From the human T2T-CHM13v2.0 reference genome, Homo sapiens, in assembly GCF_009914755.1 (NCBI RefSeq), contig NC_060940.1: a DNA stretch of 64,000 bases; one strand, written 5' to 3'. The first letter of the stretch is position 1; every line of letters starts with the position of its first letter. Position numbers and translations under genes: made by a program. Under the pieces are notes generated by a model. It searched no databases, was not told where the DNA came from, and saw nothing but the letters and a program-made list of their open reading frames with translations. This document shows, piece after piece, positions 12,968 to 30,792 of this stretch.

Positions 12968-14317
12968 TTTTTTTTAATTTTATTATTATTATACTTTAAG
13001 TTTTAGGGTACATGTGCACAACGTGCAGTTTTGTTACATATGTATACATGTGCCATGTTGGTGTGCTGCACCCATTAACTCATCATTTAACATTAGCTAT
13101 ATCTCCTAATGCTATCCCTCCCCGCTCCCCCAACCCCACAACAGTCCCTGGTGTGTGATGTTCCCCTTCCTGTGTCCATGTGTTCTCATTGTTCAATTCC
13201 CACCTATGAGTGAGAACATGCAGTGTTTCATTTTTTGTCCTTGCGATAGTTTGCTGAGAATGATGGTTTCCAGTTTCATCCATGTCCCTACAGAGGACAT
13301 GAACTCATCCTTTTTTATGGCTGCATAGTATTCCATGGTGTATATGTGCCACATTTTCTTAATCCAGTCTATCGTTGTTGGACATTTAGGTTGGTTCCAA
13401 GTCTTTGCTATTGTGAATAGTGCCGCTATAAACATAAGTGTGCATGTGTCTTTATAGCAGCATGATTTATAATCCTTTGGGTATATACCCAGTAATGGGA
13501 TGGCTGGGTCAAATGGTATTTCTAGTTCTAGATCCCTGAGGAATCGCCACACTGACTTCCACAACGGTTGAAGTAGTTTACAGTCCCGCCAATAGTGTAA
13601 AAGTGTTCCTATTTCTCCACATCCTCTCCAGCACCTGTTGTTTCCTGACTTTTTAATGATTGCCATTCTAACTGGTGTGAGATGATATCTCACTGTGGTT
13701 TTGATTTGCATTTCTCTGATGGCCAGTGATGATGAGCATTTTTTCATGTGTTTTTTGGCTGCATAAATATCTTCTTTTGAGAAGTGTCTGTTCATATCCT
13801 TCGCCCACTTTTTGATGGGGTTGTTTGTTTTTTTCTTGTAAATTTGTTTGAGTTCATTGTAGATGCTGGATATTAGGCCTTTGTCAGATGAGTAGGTTGC
13901 AAAAATTTTCTCCCTCAGAAATAATGCCGCATATCTACAACTATCTGATCTTTGACAAACCTGACGTAAACAAGCAATGGGGAAAGGATTCCCTATTTAA
14001 TAAATGGTGCTGGGAAAACTGGCTAGCCATATGTAGAAAGCTGAAACTGGGTCCCTCCTTACACCTTATACAAAAATTAATTCAAGATGGATTAAAGACT
14101 TAAATGTTAGACCTAAAACCATAAAAACCCTAGAAGAAAACCTAGGCAATACCATTCAAGGCATAGGCATGGGCAAGGACTTCATGTCTAAAACACCAAA
14201 AGCAATGGCAACAAAAGCCAAAATTGACAAATGGGATCTAATTAAACTAAAGAGCTTCTGCACAGCAAAAGAAACTACCATCAGAGTGAACAGGCAACCT
14301 ACAGAATGGGAGAAAAT
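12968..14317 (-). mobile_element. 5'-truncated, 5'-inverted L1PA (L1PA3/4-like)
   Basis: Antisense 3'UTR and ORF2 end at 12968-13914, sense ORF2 segment at 13912-14317; TSD ATGAGAT(T/A)TTTT. Confidence 0.97.
13193..13795 (-). pseudogene. L1 ORF2p C-terminal (cysteine-rich) fragment
   Basis: ORF translation [15 protein letters not shown]...MFSLIGGN* is the ORF2p C-terminus; no promoter or N-terminus. Confidence 0.95.
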
Positions 14318-14753
14318 GAGATATTTTTATATTCCTAAAAGTAGGCATAAGATGACTAGGAAATTATGTTATGAGCCTATTTCATACTGACAGCCCAGAG
14401 AGGTCAGTTTTTCTATGTCCACCGCACAGAAGCTTTGGCAGCTACTACTAAGAATGGATGCAGCATTGGAGCCCAGAAGCCAGATTTCTTTTTATTCTAA
14501 AATCAATGCTATTAACTAATATATCACACTTTCACCTGCCAATTCCTCTGTACTATTTGATGACATAAAAGTGCCTTCAGGAGAGAGTAGACAGACCAGT
14601 CCACCTCATAGACTTCCACTTCCCTCCTTTCCCATGACCACAAGAATCATCGGAGTCAAAGAATCACAGAGCAAATTTGTAATCTATCTAAAAGGGATAG
14701 TAAAGCTTACCATCTTCCATGCTGAAAGCAAGGAAACTGAGTTGTATGGCTGC

Positions 14754-15188
14754 TGTTTCAAGGTAAACAGGTCTATGCAAACCTAATTCCCAAAGTTTGA
14801 GGAGGCTAAGAGGCTAAAGAAAGAGGCTGAGAAATCCATTTTTTTTTTTTTTAGAAAAAAACATTTAATAGGGATTTTTGAAGAAAAGCTATGTCTGTGT
14901 CTCAGGCAGTGATGAGACAAGATGGTGGACCCCTGAAACATTTAACCCCCAGACCCAGGGCTTCTTTATGCTACAGGGAAAGGGTGGTTGAGAAGGGATG
15001 TGTAGGACCACTGAAGCACAGCAACATCAAGGTTATTTGACCTAAGGGCAGGATTTATGGTAAATACCTGTGGTTACAGAAGGAACAATAGATAAACTGG
15101 AAATTTTAGAGGCCTTCCCATAACTGGGGCTAATCAGAAGCCAACATGGCAGATTAGCATCCAAGATGGGGTTGCTTTGGCCTCCATA
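14754..15188 (-). mobile_element. ERVL solo LTR (LTR47-like)
   Basis: Reverse complement begins TATGGAGGCCAAAGCAACCCCATCTTGGATGCTAATCTGCCATGTTGGCTTCTGATT. Confidence 0.75.
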
Positions 15189-15438
15189 CTTGCTGAAGGC
15201 AGAATCGAATCTAGACAACAGGTTAGTCTTAATCTAGAGCTCTTTTCAACCCGCTGAGCTGCCCTTGGTTCTTCTGAAAATGATATGTGCTTCAACTATG
15301 ACTTACCACAAGCCAAAGATTGTCAGAGCTATGATAGAGACCTTGAAATCTGTTTGTTTCCCAGTGCCAGTTTACAATTATTGTCACCCATAGGTCCACA
15401 TATGCTCAGCAAAATGGGAATCTTCATTACCTGCATGA

Positions 15439-15795
<357 letters not shown>

Positions 15796-16079
15796 TAGAG
15801 TATTCCATTTTTAACCATTAAAGAGTTGGGGGGGGACTATGATATCTAGTATTTCTTCAGTCCACAATATCTATACCAGTTTTTTCAGAGCCATGCCTTC
15901 CTCATGCTATTATCCTCACCTGGAATGTCCTTGTCATTTTTCTTTGAGAGAGGACGACCAAGCAAGAATGTTGCTCAGGCCTCTGTCATCACTTAATGTC
16001 ACATTTTGCATGGTCTTTGACAAAATCAACTAGTAATTGCCATAACCTGGTCCCCCCTTTTTCTGCCTGCATGAAATAC

Positions 16080-16260
16080 TGTCATTCATGTATTTATCAA
16101 ATCATTTGTTCAAAGCCTTTTGTATATCAAGTACAAGGTTATAAATGTAGGACACTAACAGTCATTAAGACATAATTCCTGACATCAAGAAGACAAAATC
16201 CATTGGAAAGGTTAATAGATTAACAGAAAATTACAGAGAACATGATACATTCTCTGGAAA
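16080..16260 (-). mobile_element. L2 3' remnant
   Basis: CATTCATGTATTTATCAAATCATTTGTT...TAAGACATAATTCCTGACATCAAG. Confidence 0.55.
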
Positions 16261-18369
16261 CCTCTGAGGACATGTTTGCACTTAGTTGAAGTCCATAAAT
16301 ATTTAAATCTATATATCATGTCAGAAGCAATTTATATTGAATTTCTTTTCTGGGTTCATATAATATCCCTTAGTGTGACATTACTTTATGTATCATTTAT
16401 TTTCATAATTTATCAAATAAATATTTGATATTTTTGCCTTATGTAAGTACTATTAGTTAACATCATATATTTATGGCTTGTTTCCCAAACGATGTCTTCG
16501 AGGAGAGATGCTGTGTCCTATATGTGTGTGCATATCCTTCAAGAACAACTTCCAAAGTAAATATTATTTTAAGTGCTCAATAAATTGTATGTTTTTATCT
16601 AAAAGTGCACCACATAAGCTACACATAAAATTGCACCTTTAACAAACTTTAAGAAAATGTTCAGTAATGACCTGAACCACTGATAGCACACAAATTTGAT
16701 TTCTATCTTGAAGTAACTTCAATCTGGCTGGCATTAATAGCTACAGTTTTATTTTCTGTCTTTAAAAAGTGTGTATACAATATATGAAAAATCCATTAAT
16801 TAAACTGCATTATCTTAGGATTCCATCTCCATTATATATCATCTAGTATTGCTTCAGATGTAATCTTCAATCCCCTGCCAAAAGTGCCAATCACAATATG
16901 CCAAGCAAACTATCTGAATATAGTATGAACAATAATTTAATTGGAAGACTGTTACATAAAAAAAAAAAGTTGTAAAAGAAAAAAATTTATTTTTGCCTAT
17001 TCTAAAAATCTTAAAAACACTTGACCTTTAATCATCCCCCTGCCAGGCCACGCTCTCCATTTTTGTTTTATTTACCTTACTTAAGTGCTATGTGTGTTTG
17101 AAGTAATTGTTCACATATGTCTTCCCAGGTAACGCTCCATAATTGCTTTAGTAACAACCTATGTTCAAAGCCCATTGGTTCAGAATATATTTTTCCTCCT
17201 TTGTTCCATGATTCATTTTAGGATGTATCAGGAAGCAAAGTGATTCACTGAGAATTCAAACTTCCACAGTTTAGAGTGTCCCTAGCCCTATATCAATTCA
17301 TCAAGAGAGTGACTTGTAGTGATTTCATTCAGTGATGCTAGTATGGAGGAAATGCAAGATAAGGTTATTGCAAAAGAAACACAACATACAGCTACTCTGC
17401 CCAAGAAGTTCTCAAGCTCACAAACTAAAAACATCCCTTTTTAACCAAAGCCTTGATTGATTATGTCTCCTGCTGGATTAATGTAGTATTTTTGAGCCTT
17501 CTTTGCACCATTCACAATATTGCTGACTCAGTGACTCTTTATGGACTATATTTTCACACACACATTCCTTTCAGCCTTGTCTGTGTTCTCAATTGTCATT
17601 ATATAAATGTCAGATCAACATGAGCTCACTCAACAATGCAGACTGGAGTGGGGATGAGTCGAAAACTACAACTCTTCATTTATCTGAAGGTGACTACCTG
17701 TAAGAGTATCCTCAGGATAAGAGCAATTTTTTTTTTAACCATATTCTCCAAGGTCCTTCAGAATACAAACTCTGCTTACTTATCCTTTTCCCTTTCTGGC
17801 CACAAGCAAAATAATTCATTCTTGCATTGTGCCTTCTACACACATTAAACAGCTTGCTGTACAGGAAGAACTGTACTTCTGCATTATTCTTACTACCTAA
17901 GAGGCCTTTCTTTGTTCTCATGTTGATTAATCCCTTCTCTTCCATTAGATAACAGATTGTATATTGCCTCCACCAAAGAAGTCTCTGTCACCCCTCTAGG
18001 TGTTGAGATGCCCCTCCTTGAGTACCCAGAGCTTTAATCACTTACTCTGTTGCAGTCATTATCAACTAAGTCTAATTTTCTTTCTTCCTCATTGGACTAT
18101 GGGCATCTTGGGGTAAGAACTACTGACCAATTTTATATACTGAAGGAGCAAACAAATTCAAAATCAAGATCAACAGTTTTCCCAAAGAGCTGTAGATGCA
18201 GGAAAATTCATTAGTTACTACTAAGAAACACTTCCAAGATTTTACTTAGAAGGTACTTAGTACTACTTCGGGAATAGCTAAAAGGATTTCTTGATTTCCA
18301 ATAAGAAGGACATCGAAAAAAGAGGAAAAGATTGCCCTAAGAAGAACCACTGGGCTCAGAAGAATTAAA

Positions 18370-21393
<3,024 letters not shown>

Positions 21394-23898
21394 AGGTCAA
21401 GAGCAAGACAAGACATCAGGCAATCCGGACATAAAAAAATGAGACAGAAGAAAACCAATCCATAATAAATAAATGGACAAGCTCAAAACAAAATCACAGG
21501 AAAAAACAAAGATATAGACATAGTACATATTACATGGAGTTAACTATTGTAGGTGAAAACTATCCATCATGATTCTGTAGGTTCTCAGAACACAAACTTA
21601 CTGCAGAAAAATGAAGTAATTAATTGTCATAATTACAACTTAAGTATAAACAAAATACCTTTATTAATAGTATTTATTTTTCATCAGTAACAACAATATT
21701 CCTGGCAAATAGGCCTTCTGTTCTATACATATCTAAGAGGAAATTGAGAAAAAGTGTTTGCTCAAGGCCACTCAACTAAGCAAGTGGAAGCTGGAACTTA
21801 GTTTTCTGATTCAAAATCTGTATTCTTTCCTCTGCTCTTGTGAAATATAAGAATTAATGAAGTTCTGATTCAAATTTTAGATACTTTTTTTTACCAAAAA
21901 TTGCAAAATATATTATTTTAGTTCTAATGAACAAATTAAGAACTATATAGAAAAACACTGTCACCCTTAAATGCAGCCAGTTCATTAGTTTGCAATTTCT
22001 TATAAAAGATTTCCCAAGACAGTCAGATTCTGCATTTAATATTGACCTCAACTGGCACTTCCTGTTTAACTTCATTAAAAATATCTACTTAGGATGCCAA
22101 AGGTTGCTGGACTTTGATTCATTCCTATTTAGTCTCTTCCCTCAACCAAAGGAGACTTGAGTTGCCTCTTTCTATTAATGTGATTGACTTCTGAAAATGA
22201 TGGGGCAGTGCAAGACACAGCATATTAGCTTGATGAATATGCCAATTCTCATGATAAAATCAGGCAGAAATTCTAGAACATTCCCCAAAGGGGGATGGAG
22301 AGAGCCCTGTTCCAGGAATATGAATCACAACATTTAGAGAAAGCATCTAATTAGCCACACTTGTGTGGGCAGCTCCCTGTTTTTAGATCACAGACATGAA
22401 TCAATAGGAAATTGCTCAGGATAAATATCTTGAAAGTTAGTTGCAATGTTTCATGTAATATAATTTAGAACCTCAAATGTACTTTTCATTGAAATGTCAC
22501 AAAACGGATAAGGAAGAAATGATACAAAACAATATTTCTAACCATTTCAACTTCATTTTGGCATCATCTTCTGAACCTTGCACATTTTATTTCTTTTCTT
22601 TATTGAGTGACTTTTCAAATGGTCCTGCCGTGAGCCAGTAGAATTACTAAGGGGTTTCTGATTTCATAGCTATTTTTTTATTACATTTGGAAGCTGATCT
22701 TAAGTAGAACTAAAACTCCAGAGCCACTATTTTAGAGCAGTAAAGATTGACATCTAAATTATGATCTAAAGAAAGTACCAGGCCATAGCTTTCATTGAGG
22801 GTAGAAAGAGTAAAAAATGAATTTGTCTCTTATAATGTTGGCTATTGGACATCTTTGGAAAATTTTCAGATATACTAAATTCCAACTCTCAGCCATGAAA
22901 TTGTAATAGACATTTGGTTTACATCTATTACTCTTAGATAATTCCCAGGCAAAGTTTCTTAAATCTAGCATTAAATGGCTCTCTCTTGTCTTGGGGAAAA
23001 TATGCCTGTGTATGATTTAAGAGCCTAAAGTAGATATTATAGGGATTAGTAAAGATCAGTGGTAAGACATAATACACAAACATAATTAGTTGCAAAAAGA
23101 AAAAAAAAAAAAGAAGGCATCTGACACTTCTTGATTCAATTTCAAATTTCAGCCCCAGAAGCAGGAACTTTATATTTTGCTCAAATCTTAGTAAAATAAT
23201 ATGAGTTAAATGTTCTATTTACCATTTTCCATGTGAGTGAAACCCAGAGCAGTTTAGTAAGCATGCCTAAGGTTGCTAAGGTTAGGATAGGTTAGGGTAG
23301 GAAGCACCCATCTCTGTGCCTAGAATGAGTTTTTGTTGTCACCATCTCTCCTTATAGGTTTTTTTGGTATGTATTTGTCCTTCAAAATGGAATTTACATA
23401 GTATATTGGAGAATAGTTATCCCTAACCCTCATCATTCAACGTAATATAGACATCCAACTTCTGTGTTTCCGCAACACCGCACATGTTTATTTTAGTACC
23501 TATGAAACAGGGTAAGTTTGGTGATTTCTCAATGTAACCCACTCCCAACCCCATTGATGGCAGAAATTATGCCATATAGGATGTCACGAACCAAGCACCT
23601 ATCTTAATAACTAACATGTACTAATCAGTTAAGAAATGTTTGTTGCATAAAGTGGCACAATTAGAAGTCAGTCTGTTTAACTCCTAAGGCAATGAGTATT
23701 AGGAGGACAAGGCCAAAATAATACTACAGAGCAATTACTCCAAAACCCAAGTAATAAATTGATGATGAGTTGCAGCATCGCATAGAGGATTTTTTTTTGG
23801 CTAGGGTTAGAAGTGCTATGTAATTGACTATGTCCCCAAACAGCTTTTTATTATAAGGAAATACAGATATTCAGTCAAAAGGCAAGAAAGAACTCTTT

Positions 23899-24197
23899 AT
23901 TTTTTTTTTTTTTTTTGAGATGGAGTCTCGCTCTGTCGCCCAGGCTGGAGTACAGTGGCGTAATCTCGGCTCACTGTAAGCTCTGCCTCCTGGGTTGATG
24001 CCATTCTCTTGCCTCAGCCTCCCGAGTAGCTGGGACTACAGGCACCCGCCACCATGCCCGGCTAATTTTTTGTATTTTTAGTAGAGACGGGGTTTCACCA
24101 TGTTAGCCAGGATGGTCTCGATCTCCTGACCTCGTGATCCGCCTGCCTTGGCCTCCCAAAGTGCTGGGATTACAGGTGTGAGCCACTGCACCCGGCC
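23899..24197 (-). mobile_element. Alu SINE (AluY-like)
   Basis: Antisense Alu, TTAGCCAGGATGGTCTCGATCTC; TSD GAAAGAACTCTTT. Confidence 0.97.
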
Positions 24198-24959
24198 AGG
24201 AAAGAACTCTTTCTAAAAACCTAAGATATTACATCAGTTTCATTGATCATTGTAGGGAGGAAAAGAAAAACAAGAGGAGAGACTGACTCTCAGCTGACTG
24301 AAACTGGGCTGAGAAAGTGAAAAAGTAAGAAAACAAACACCTTCCCTGTCATGGCTTAAATCTCGTTTTTGGGCTTGCACCTCCAACTTGACTTTTATTT
24401 TTTGAAGACATGTAGAGTGATAAATGTTGCCTTAAATCCACATATATCCAAATTGATTCAAAATACATAATATAAAGATTGTAGGACCAGGATTCTTTTC
24501 TGGTTATTTCCATATAGAATATCAGCTCTTAATTTGCTGATATTATTACCAGCACTGTTTGTAAGCGGAAAATGGATTGGCAGCATTCCAAGGATAGATG
24601 CTCAACATCAAGGTATGAATACAAATACAATTAGGAGGAACCCATATTTTATATGAATTAGGTCAAGAATAAGGCTGTATGTGCTGCCTTGAGCTTGTTC
24701 TGATTAGGTGCTGAAGGTGGGCACCTGAGAAGGCTGGAATGAGAGTAGTTTGATCTACACATGTCATAGGAACACCTACCAAAGATTCAAATTCATGGCT
24801 GCTGATTCCAAGCCAGAAGTTCCTCCACATTGCCATGCTAACTGGTTTCTTGAAGTACTGATATTACATTGTATTCCTTTTATGTGTGTATACATTTGGA
24901 GAATACAGTAGGGGTACAAGGAATAGACATGGACTCCCCAGGCTATTCATGTAGTAATA

Positions 24960-25520
24960 AAATAATATTATCTAAGTTGTATGGAAACTCACCAGGCCAG
25001 AGATACCATACACTACGTACTTTATCTCAGTATTCTTCAGACAGTTTTGTGAGCATGGCTATTATTATCTCCATTTTACAAGGACTACTATATCCAAGGT
25101 AGATTTAAGTAGATTTTCCAACTTGACAGGACTAACATGGAACAAAGTCAGAACAGAGGCCAGGCACATTGTCTCATGCCTGTAATCCCAGCACTTTGGG
25201 AGGCCGAGGCAGGCGGATCACCCGAGGACAGGAGTTCACGACCAGCCTCGCCAACATGGCAAAACCCCATCTCTACTAAAAAAAAAAAGCAAAAAACTTA
25301 GCCAGGTGTGGTGGTGAGTGCCTATAATCCCAGCTACTCAGGAGGCTGAGGCAGGGAGAATTGCTTGAACCCTGCAGGTGGAGGTTGCAGTGAGCCGAGA
25401 TTGCACCACTGCGTTCTAGCCTGGGCAACAGAGTGAGACTCCATCAAATAAATAAATAAATAAATAAATAAGCAAAGTCAGAACTGAAAACCTGGTCTCT
25501 ACTTTCAAAGCCAAAGTTTA
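24960..25520 (-). mobile_element. MIR remnant split by an Alu
   Basis: ATTATTATCTCCATTTTACAA...TTAAGTAGATTTTCCAA; continues after the Alu with CTACTTTCAAAGCC. Confidence 0.6.
25158..25471 (+). mobile_element. Alu SINE (AluSx-like) with (TAAA)n tail
   Basis: Dimeric Alu; TSD CAAAGTCAGAAC(A/T)GA. Confidence 0.95.
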
Positions 25521-25892
25521 TAATACCAGCTCAGTTGTGGTATCTCATGGCTTCCTTTTACCTGCCACTTTCAACATGACGATCTTATGAAATAAAGAAT
25601 TCTGTGGGATACAGCATTGTGTTGACTAATGTGTCATATGACCAGAAGCATCATTACACCCTGAAAATATAGAACTGTAGCATAAGTCATATTATTCAAT
25701 ATAGTGGTAGTCATGATTGTGATATTGTTAGGTTTCAATTAGTCAGCTTAAATGGTCTAACGTCTTTAAGGCTGGTTCTATTCTGGTAAAACTGGGGAAA
25801 ATAGCTATGAGTTTCCATATTTTTTAATTAACTAATTAGGGTTGGAGAAATAATTTTCACTCTTCTCCAACTCAGGTGTCATAGAACACATG

Positions 25893-25895
<3 letters not shown>

Positions 25896-25928
<33 letters not shown>
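25896..25928. repeat. (CA)n microsatellite
   Basis: Direct reading. Confidence 0.98.
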
Positions 25929-25930
<2 letters not shown>

Positions 25931-28677
25931 AACATACACTGCTTACTCTTCATGATCAAGGTCACTTTTTGCTGTATATTTTGTGAAGTCCTATTGTTAG
26001 CCAATGATGATAATATCCAGGTATTTTTGCTTGATATTATATGTGGAGGCAAACAACTGAAATTGTGCCCATTAAAGAGGCTTCACTTGCATAATGGTAG
26101 GTAGTTTCTGGCAATGCTAATTTATTGCTAATTGTAGAGATACCTTTTATTTTTGCTAGCTAGCACAGTAGCCTGGTGTAACCATTTGTCTTTGCCTAGA
26201 ATATTCCAGGATTTTTTTTGTCCCTGCATACGAATTAATACTCATCAATACTAAAATGTTTCATTCTCAAGTCCTGATTTTGTCATCCTGAATTCTAAGT
26301 TCACAGTACTCTGACTATTATTAAAATTAACCACACCATATTGACCTTCATTAGAGTTGAGACATAACGAGGTGAGAGTGATTTCAGAGACAAGTTAATG
26401 TATTATTTTCTAAATATTTCCCTGGTTTGTGAAAGACAGATTAATATCCTTGAAGTCATCCATGAGTTTTCTTTCTTCTTAATTAGCCGAGTTCTTCATA
26501 TCTCTCTATTCTTTTATTATCTCAATTGTAAAATACATCCTTAGACATTATCATTCTAATGTGTAATAGAGATTATAGCTCCATCTTCTAAGCCTGTCAT
26601 TTGACAATGTGGCTAGTTATGCATCCAGAATATTTAGAATATGAAATTAAACAAAAGAAGCATGCAGATATCAAATGACTACATGTAAAAATGTATTTGG
26701 TACTTTGTTTGCAAGTGAAATAATTCTAAATATGTATAGCACACTCTGCATCCAATTAAGAAAAAGAGATGTAATTCATAGAATCTTATTTTCTATAAAT
26801 AGGTATTCACTTAGATTTTTACCCTCTGAGAGTCTACAATTATGATTAGTTTCTATATATTGTCACAGTTCATAAACTATGCCCTTTAATTATACATATT
26901 AGAGCTTTAATAAAACAGAGTTCAAAAATAAAACAGATTCATTTTTGTAGTCTGCTTTTTACGTTTTTTATTTGTTTAACTCTTTCTCTTAACACATATA
27001 AATCCAAACATAGGCAGATACCTTTTTGGGTCAGCCTGAAACTTCCATTTTAACCAAGAGTTAATCTATTTGTGTTGATTAAAATGTCCTTTTATTCTTG
27101 AAACCCCTGCAAAGTGAATTGAAAGCATAAATGTGGAAATGGGTTAAAAACTCTAAAATCTCTGGTACAATCTATTGGTTAAAGTTTATTATTTTATAAT
27201 GAAAAGAGACTAACAGGTCAAACATTATTTCATTCTCATGCTATTTTCTCTTTTTTTGTAATGGTAAATACAGTGTTGTTATCTTTGGACAGGATGACAG
27301 CTTCAGGCACGAGACACAACCCCAGGGACTAGCACTTTAATTTAAAAAGCCAAGAGGAAAATATACAGGAGGAAATCAGACAAGGCAAGTCTGGAGACGA
27401 AAACTGCATTTCACAATCAAAAGTTGGACAAGGAAACCCTGCTAAATCTCATGCAGACTCCATAGTTTGTTCTTATAATAGCAAAAACAGAGGAAATAGA
27501 AACAAATGGCAGATGCCTCTTTAGTGAGGTGTTGAGGGAAAACATTCATCCTAGGATGATACACAGGATATTACTTTCTAGAACAGATACATAAGGGAGA
27601 CGCATAGGGTGATCTGACACAGTGTTTTCTCTTTATTTAAGGGAAGGTGCATTTACAAAGGAAAGACAATAGCATGTCTTTCATTTCTCTGTTAATAAGC
27701 AAGCATTTCTGAGGATCTACTAAATAGTAAATGCAGGAGAAGAGGGAGAGAGAGAGCTAAAGGACTAAAAGCCATGTTCTAGTCTAAAACTGAACATTTA
27801 TTCCAGTTAGGAGAACAGATAATTTGGAGACCAACAAATTACTCAAGTGCATGAGATTAATGCTGACCATGAATTCTCAAAAGCACATATATGATCATAA
27901 TTGTATCCCTGTTGTTTCAGTACCAAGAAAAAGCTTAACAGTAGTCGCACATATTTATTGAATTAAATAATTGAAATATATGAGAAAGAAAAACTTGGAG
28001 TGCTCTAGGAGTATTCAGGATGATCAAAGTTACATCTTTCAAAGGTGGTGGCTGTTAGCTTAGACTTGAAATGGTACACATCAACTAAGTGTAAAAGGAA
28101 GGGTGATACTGTTTCAGGAGAAACAAAGCAACGTATGTAGTTATATGAAATTTGCTCTGTGTCTGGGTGTGCATGGAACACAACTAAAGGAAAATAACAA
28201 ATGATGATGATAAGGAGGAGGACGATGGTGGTGGTACCACCAATGATGATGTTGCCAGCAAAATTCTCAACGTATAAAATTCCTATTGCTTTCAGTGACT
28301 GTGTTAAACTGTTTGCAAAGTTTCTTGCTATTCATTCATCTTCATCAAAATCCAATAAAGTAAATGCAATTCTATGGACAAATTGTCAGTGTTTTTAAAA
28401 GCCTGGGGGAAAATCTCAATAAACTTACATGGGTTAAATAAAATAGCATCTTTCATGTTTTAGAAAAGAAATGTTATCAATTTAATATGAAAACCCCGGT
28501 TAGCTATATCATAGTAATTAAATGTTCTGAATGATATAGGTACATGCTTTTAAAAAAATGACTAGACAATAATAGACATTGATTTAAAATGCAATTCATT
28601 TGCTAGACAAAGCTAAAACGGGTTAATAAAAAAGATCTTTAGTAATTTGAATGTTCAAAACAAAAAAAAAAAGATCA

Positions 28678-28804
28678 ATGTTCAAGGTGATGGATAGGCT
28701 AATTATCCTAATTTGATCATTACATATTGGAATCATGTATCTAAATATCACACAGTACCCCATAAATATGTACAATTATGTGTCTAATATAATAATTTAA
28801 AAAA
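28678..28804 (+). mobile_element. L1MA-type 3' terminal fragment
   Basis: GGTGATGGATAGGCTAATTATCCTAATTTGATCATTACA...GTACCCCATAAATATGTACAATTATG. Confidence 0.85.
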
Positions 28805-30107
28805 TCTTTAGAGGTGAAACATTTGCAGAAAATACATACATTATATTCATAACCTTGTATTTTACTCTGAAGCCTAAGTCACTTTAAGTGACTTTTTTAA
28901 AAGGCCTCATAGAGAACATGATACTACCCTCTAAGTTTGCTCACTATCATCCAAGTCTTCTATAAATTGTACCAACAGTATATATAGTCGTTTTTTCTTC
29001 CAAGTCCTTAAATCAATTGCTTAGGTGTAGGTCATTGTTTATGAGCTAGTCAGAGAAGTTAATTAACTTTTAGTTAATATCTGAAACAAGGAGGACTTCT
29101 CCATTTATGTTATCTTTTGCTACAAATCAGCAAAGTAACAGAGCTCCCCTGACAAGTATTCAATATCTTTACTTTGAAATCCAGCTCCCCCATCTCCTCT
29201 CTTGCATTGTATTGATTCTTCTTTACTGCAGTCTAGTTCTGACCACATGGAAGATTTACCCTGAAACTCTGCTACATTTTACTCTTTGCTTCTCAGGAAT
29301 GCAAACTAACTAATGTGACTTGCATTTTATTTTAATTCATAATATTTAATTTTGGGAGCAGTTCGAAGAAAAAAGCAGATAGTACAGAGAGTTCTCATAT
29401 ACTCTTTCTTATAGTACTTTCCCCCATTACTAACATATTTCAATAATGTGGTACTTTTGTTAAAATTGAGCAATATTGATACATTAGTATTAACTGAAGT
29501 TCATTATTTACAGCAATTTGTTTTTAGTGTTGTACATTCTATAAATTTTGACAAATGAATAATTACAGGTATCCACCATTACAGCATCATATGATACAGT
29601 TTCATCATTCTCCTTAAAATGCCCTGTGCTTCATCTATTCTTCCTTCACTTCCTTCCACCAAATCCCTGATGACCATTGATAGTTTTACTGTCTCCATAG
29701 TTTTCAAAATGTTATATAAGTTGAGATCATATATTGTATAACATTTTAGACTGTTTTTCTTTAACAACATGCATTTAATGATCCTCCATGCTTTATCATG
29801 GCTTGATGGCTCACTTATTTTCATTGCTGAATAATATTCCATTGTATAAATGTGCCATAGTTTGTTTATCCATTCATCTACTGGATTACATCTTGGTTAT
29901 TTCCCATTTCTGGCATTTATAAATAAAACAAGTATAAATACTTGTGTTATCATAGGTTTTCAAGCTATTGGCTTCTGTCCATGAGACACCTGAGAAGCAC
30001 AATCACTGTAACTTATGGTAAGACTGTGATTATCTTTGTAAGGAACTTCCAAACTGCCCTCTGAAGTGGATGTAACATTTTGTATTCTCACTAGCAAACA
30101 ATGAGCA

Positions 30108-30541
30108 TGCAGCAGCCAAAGGAAAACTTACCCTTTACCTTATGAAGGTTTACTGAAAATCAATGGACAAAAGGCAGATTAATAGGAAATAAGACATTAA
30201 CATTTGTTAATGTGCATGAGCGGAAAATCAGAGTGATTACTATACAATGTAATAGGGTATAGATATTTATATACCCTTCTTAAGGAAAAGAGATATGGGA
30301 GTGTGGACAATTTCAGCAGGTAATAAATAATTTTTAGGGGAATCCAGTGGGCTTGAAGAATACATAATGACTTCAGAAAAAGTCTTTCGGGCAAAGCAGA
30401 AAACCGTTTGTGACAAGTCTGTTCAAATGTGTCAACAGACTTCAGTTTTTCTTCCTGCAATATGAGTTCAGTTAATGAAAACTTGGGGAAGGAACCAGAG
30501 GTCATTGTTTTTCACTTTGGCAGATCTGGACTTTAGGCAAA
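30108..30541 (-). mobile_element. ERV1 LTR (MER67-like), truncated
   Basis: AAGGAAAACTTACCCTTTACC...GAAGGTTTACTGAAAATCAA..GACAAAAGGCAGATTAATAGG. Confidence 0.7.
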
Positions 30542-30775
30542 TGTCTTAGTCCATTTGGGTTGCTACAGAGAAATACCTGAGGCTGGATAATTTACAAAGA
30601 AAAGAGGTTTATTTTGCTCACAGTTCAGCCAGATGTACAAGAAGCATGGCACCAACATCTGCTTTGGCGAGTGCCTCAGGCTGCTTCTGCTGATGCAGGA
30701 AGGTAAAGGGGAGCTGGCATGTGTGGAGATTACATTTTCAGAGAGGAAGCAAGAGACGGGAGGTGCCAGGATTTT
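30542..30775 (-). mobile_element. MaLR LTR (MSTB-like), truncated
   Basis: TGTCTTAGTCCATTTGGGTTGCTA...GTACAAGAAGCATGGCACCAACATCTG. Confidence 0.85.
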
Positions 30776-30792
30776 TGTGTGTGTGCCAACTA

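Noticed and set aside
28198-28255. Mixed ATG/GGA/GGT triplets giving a MMMIRRR ORF
   Set aside because: Low-complexity repeat at the tail position of a probable MIR relic, not coding
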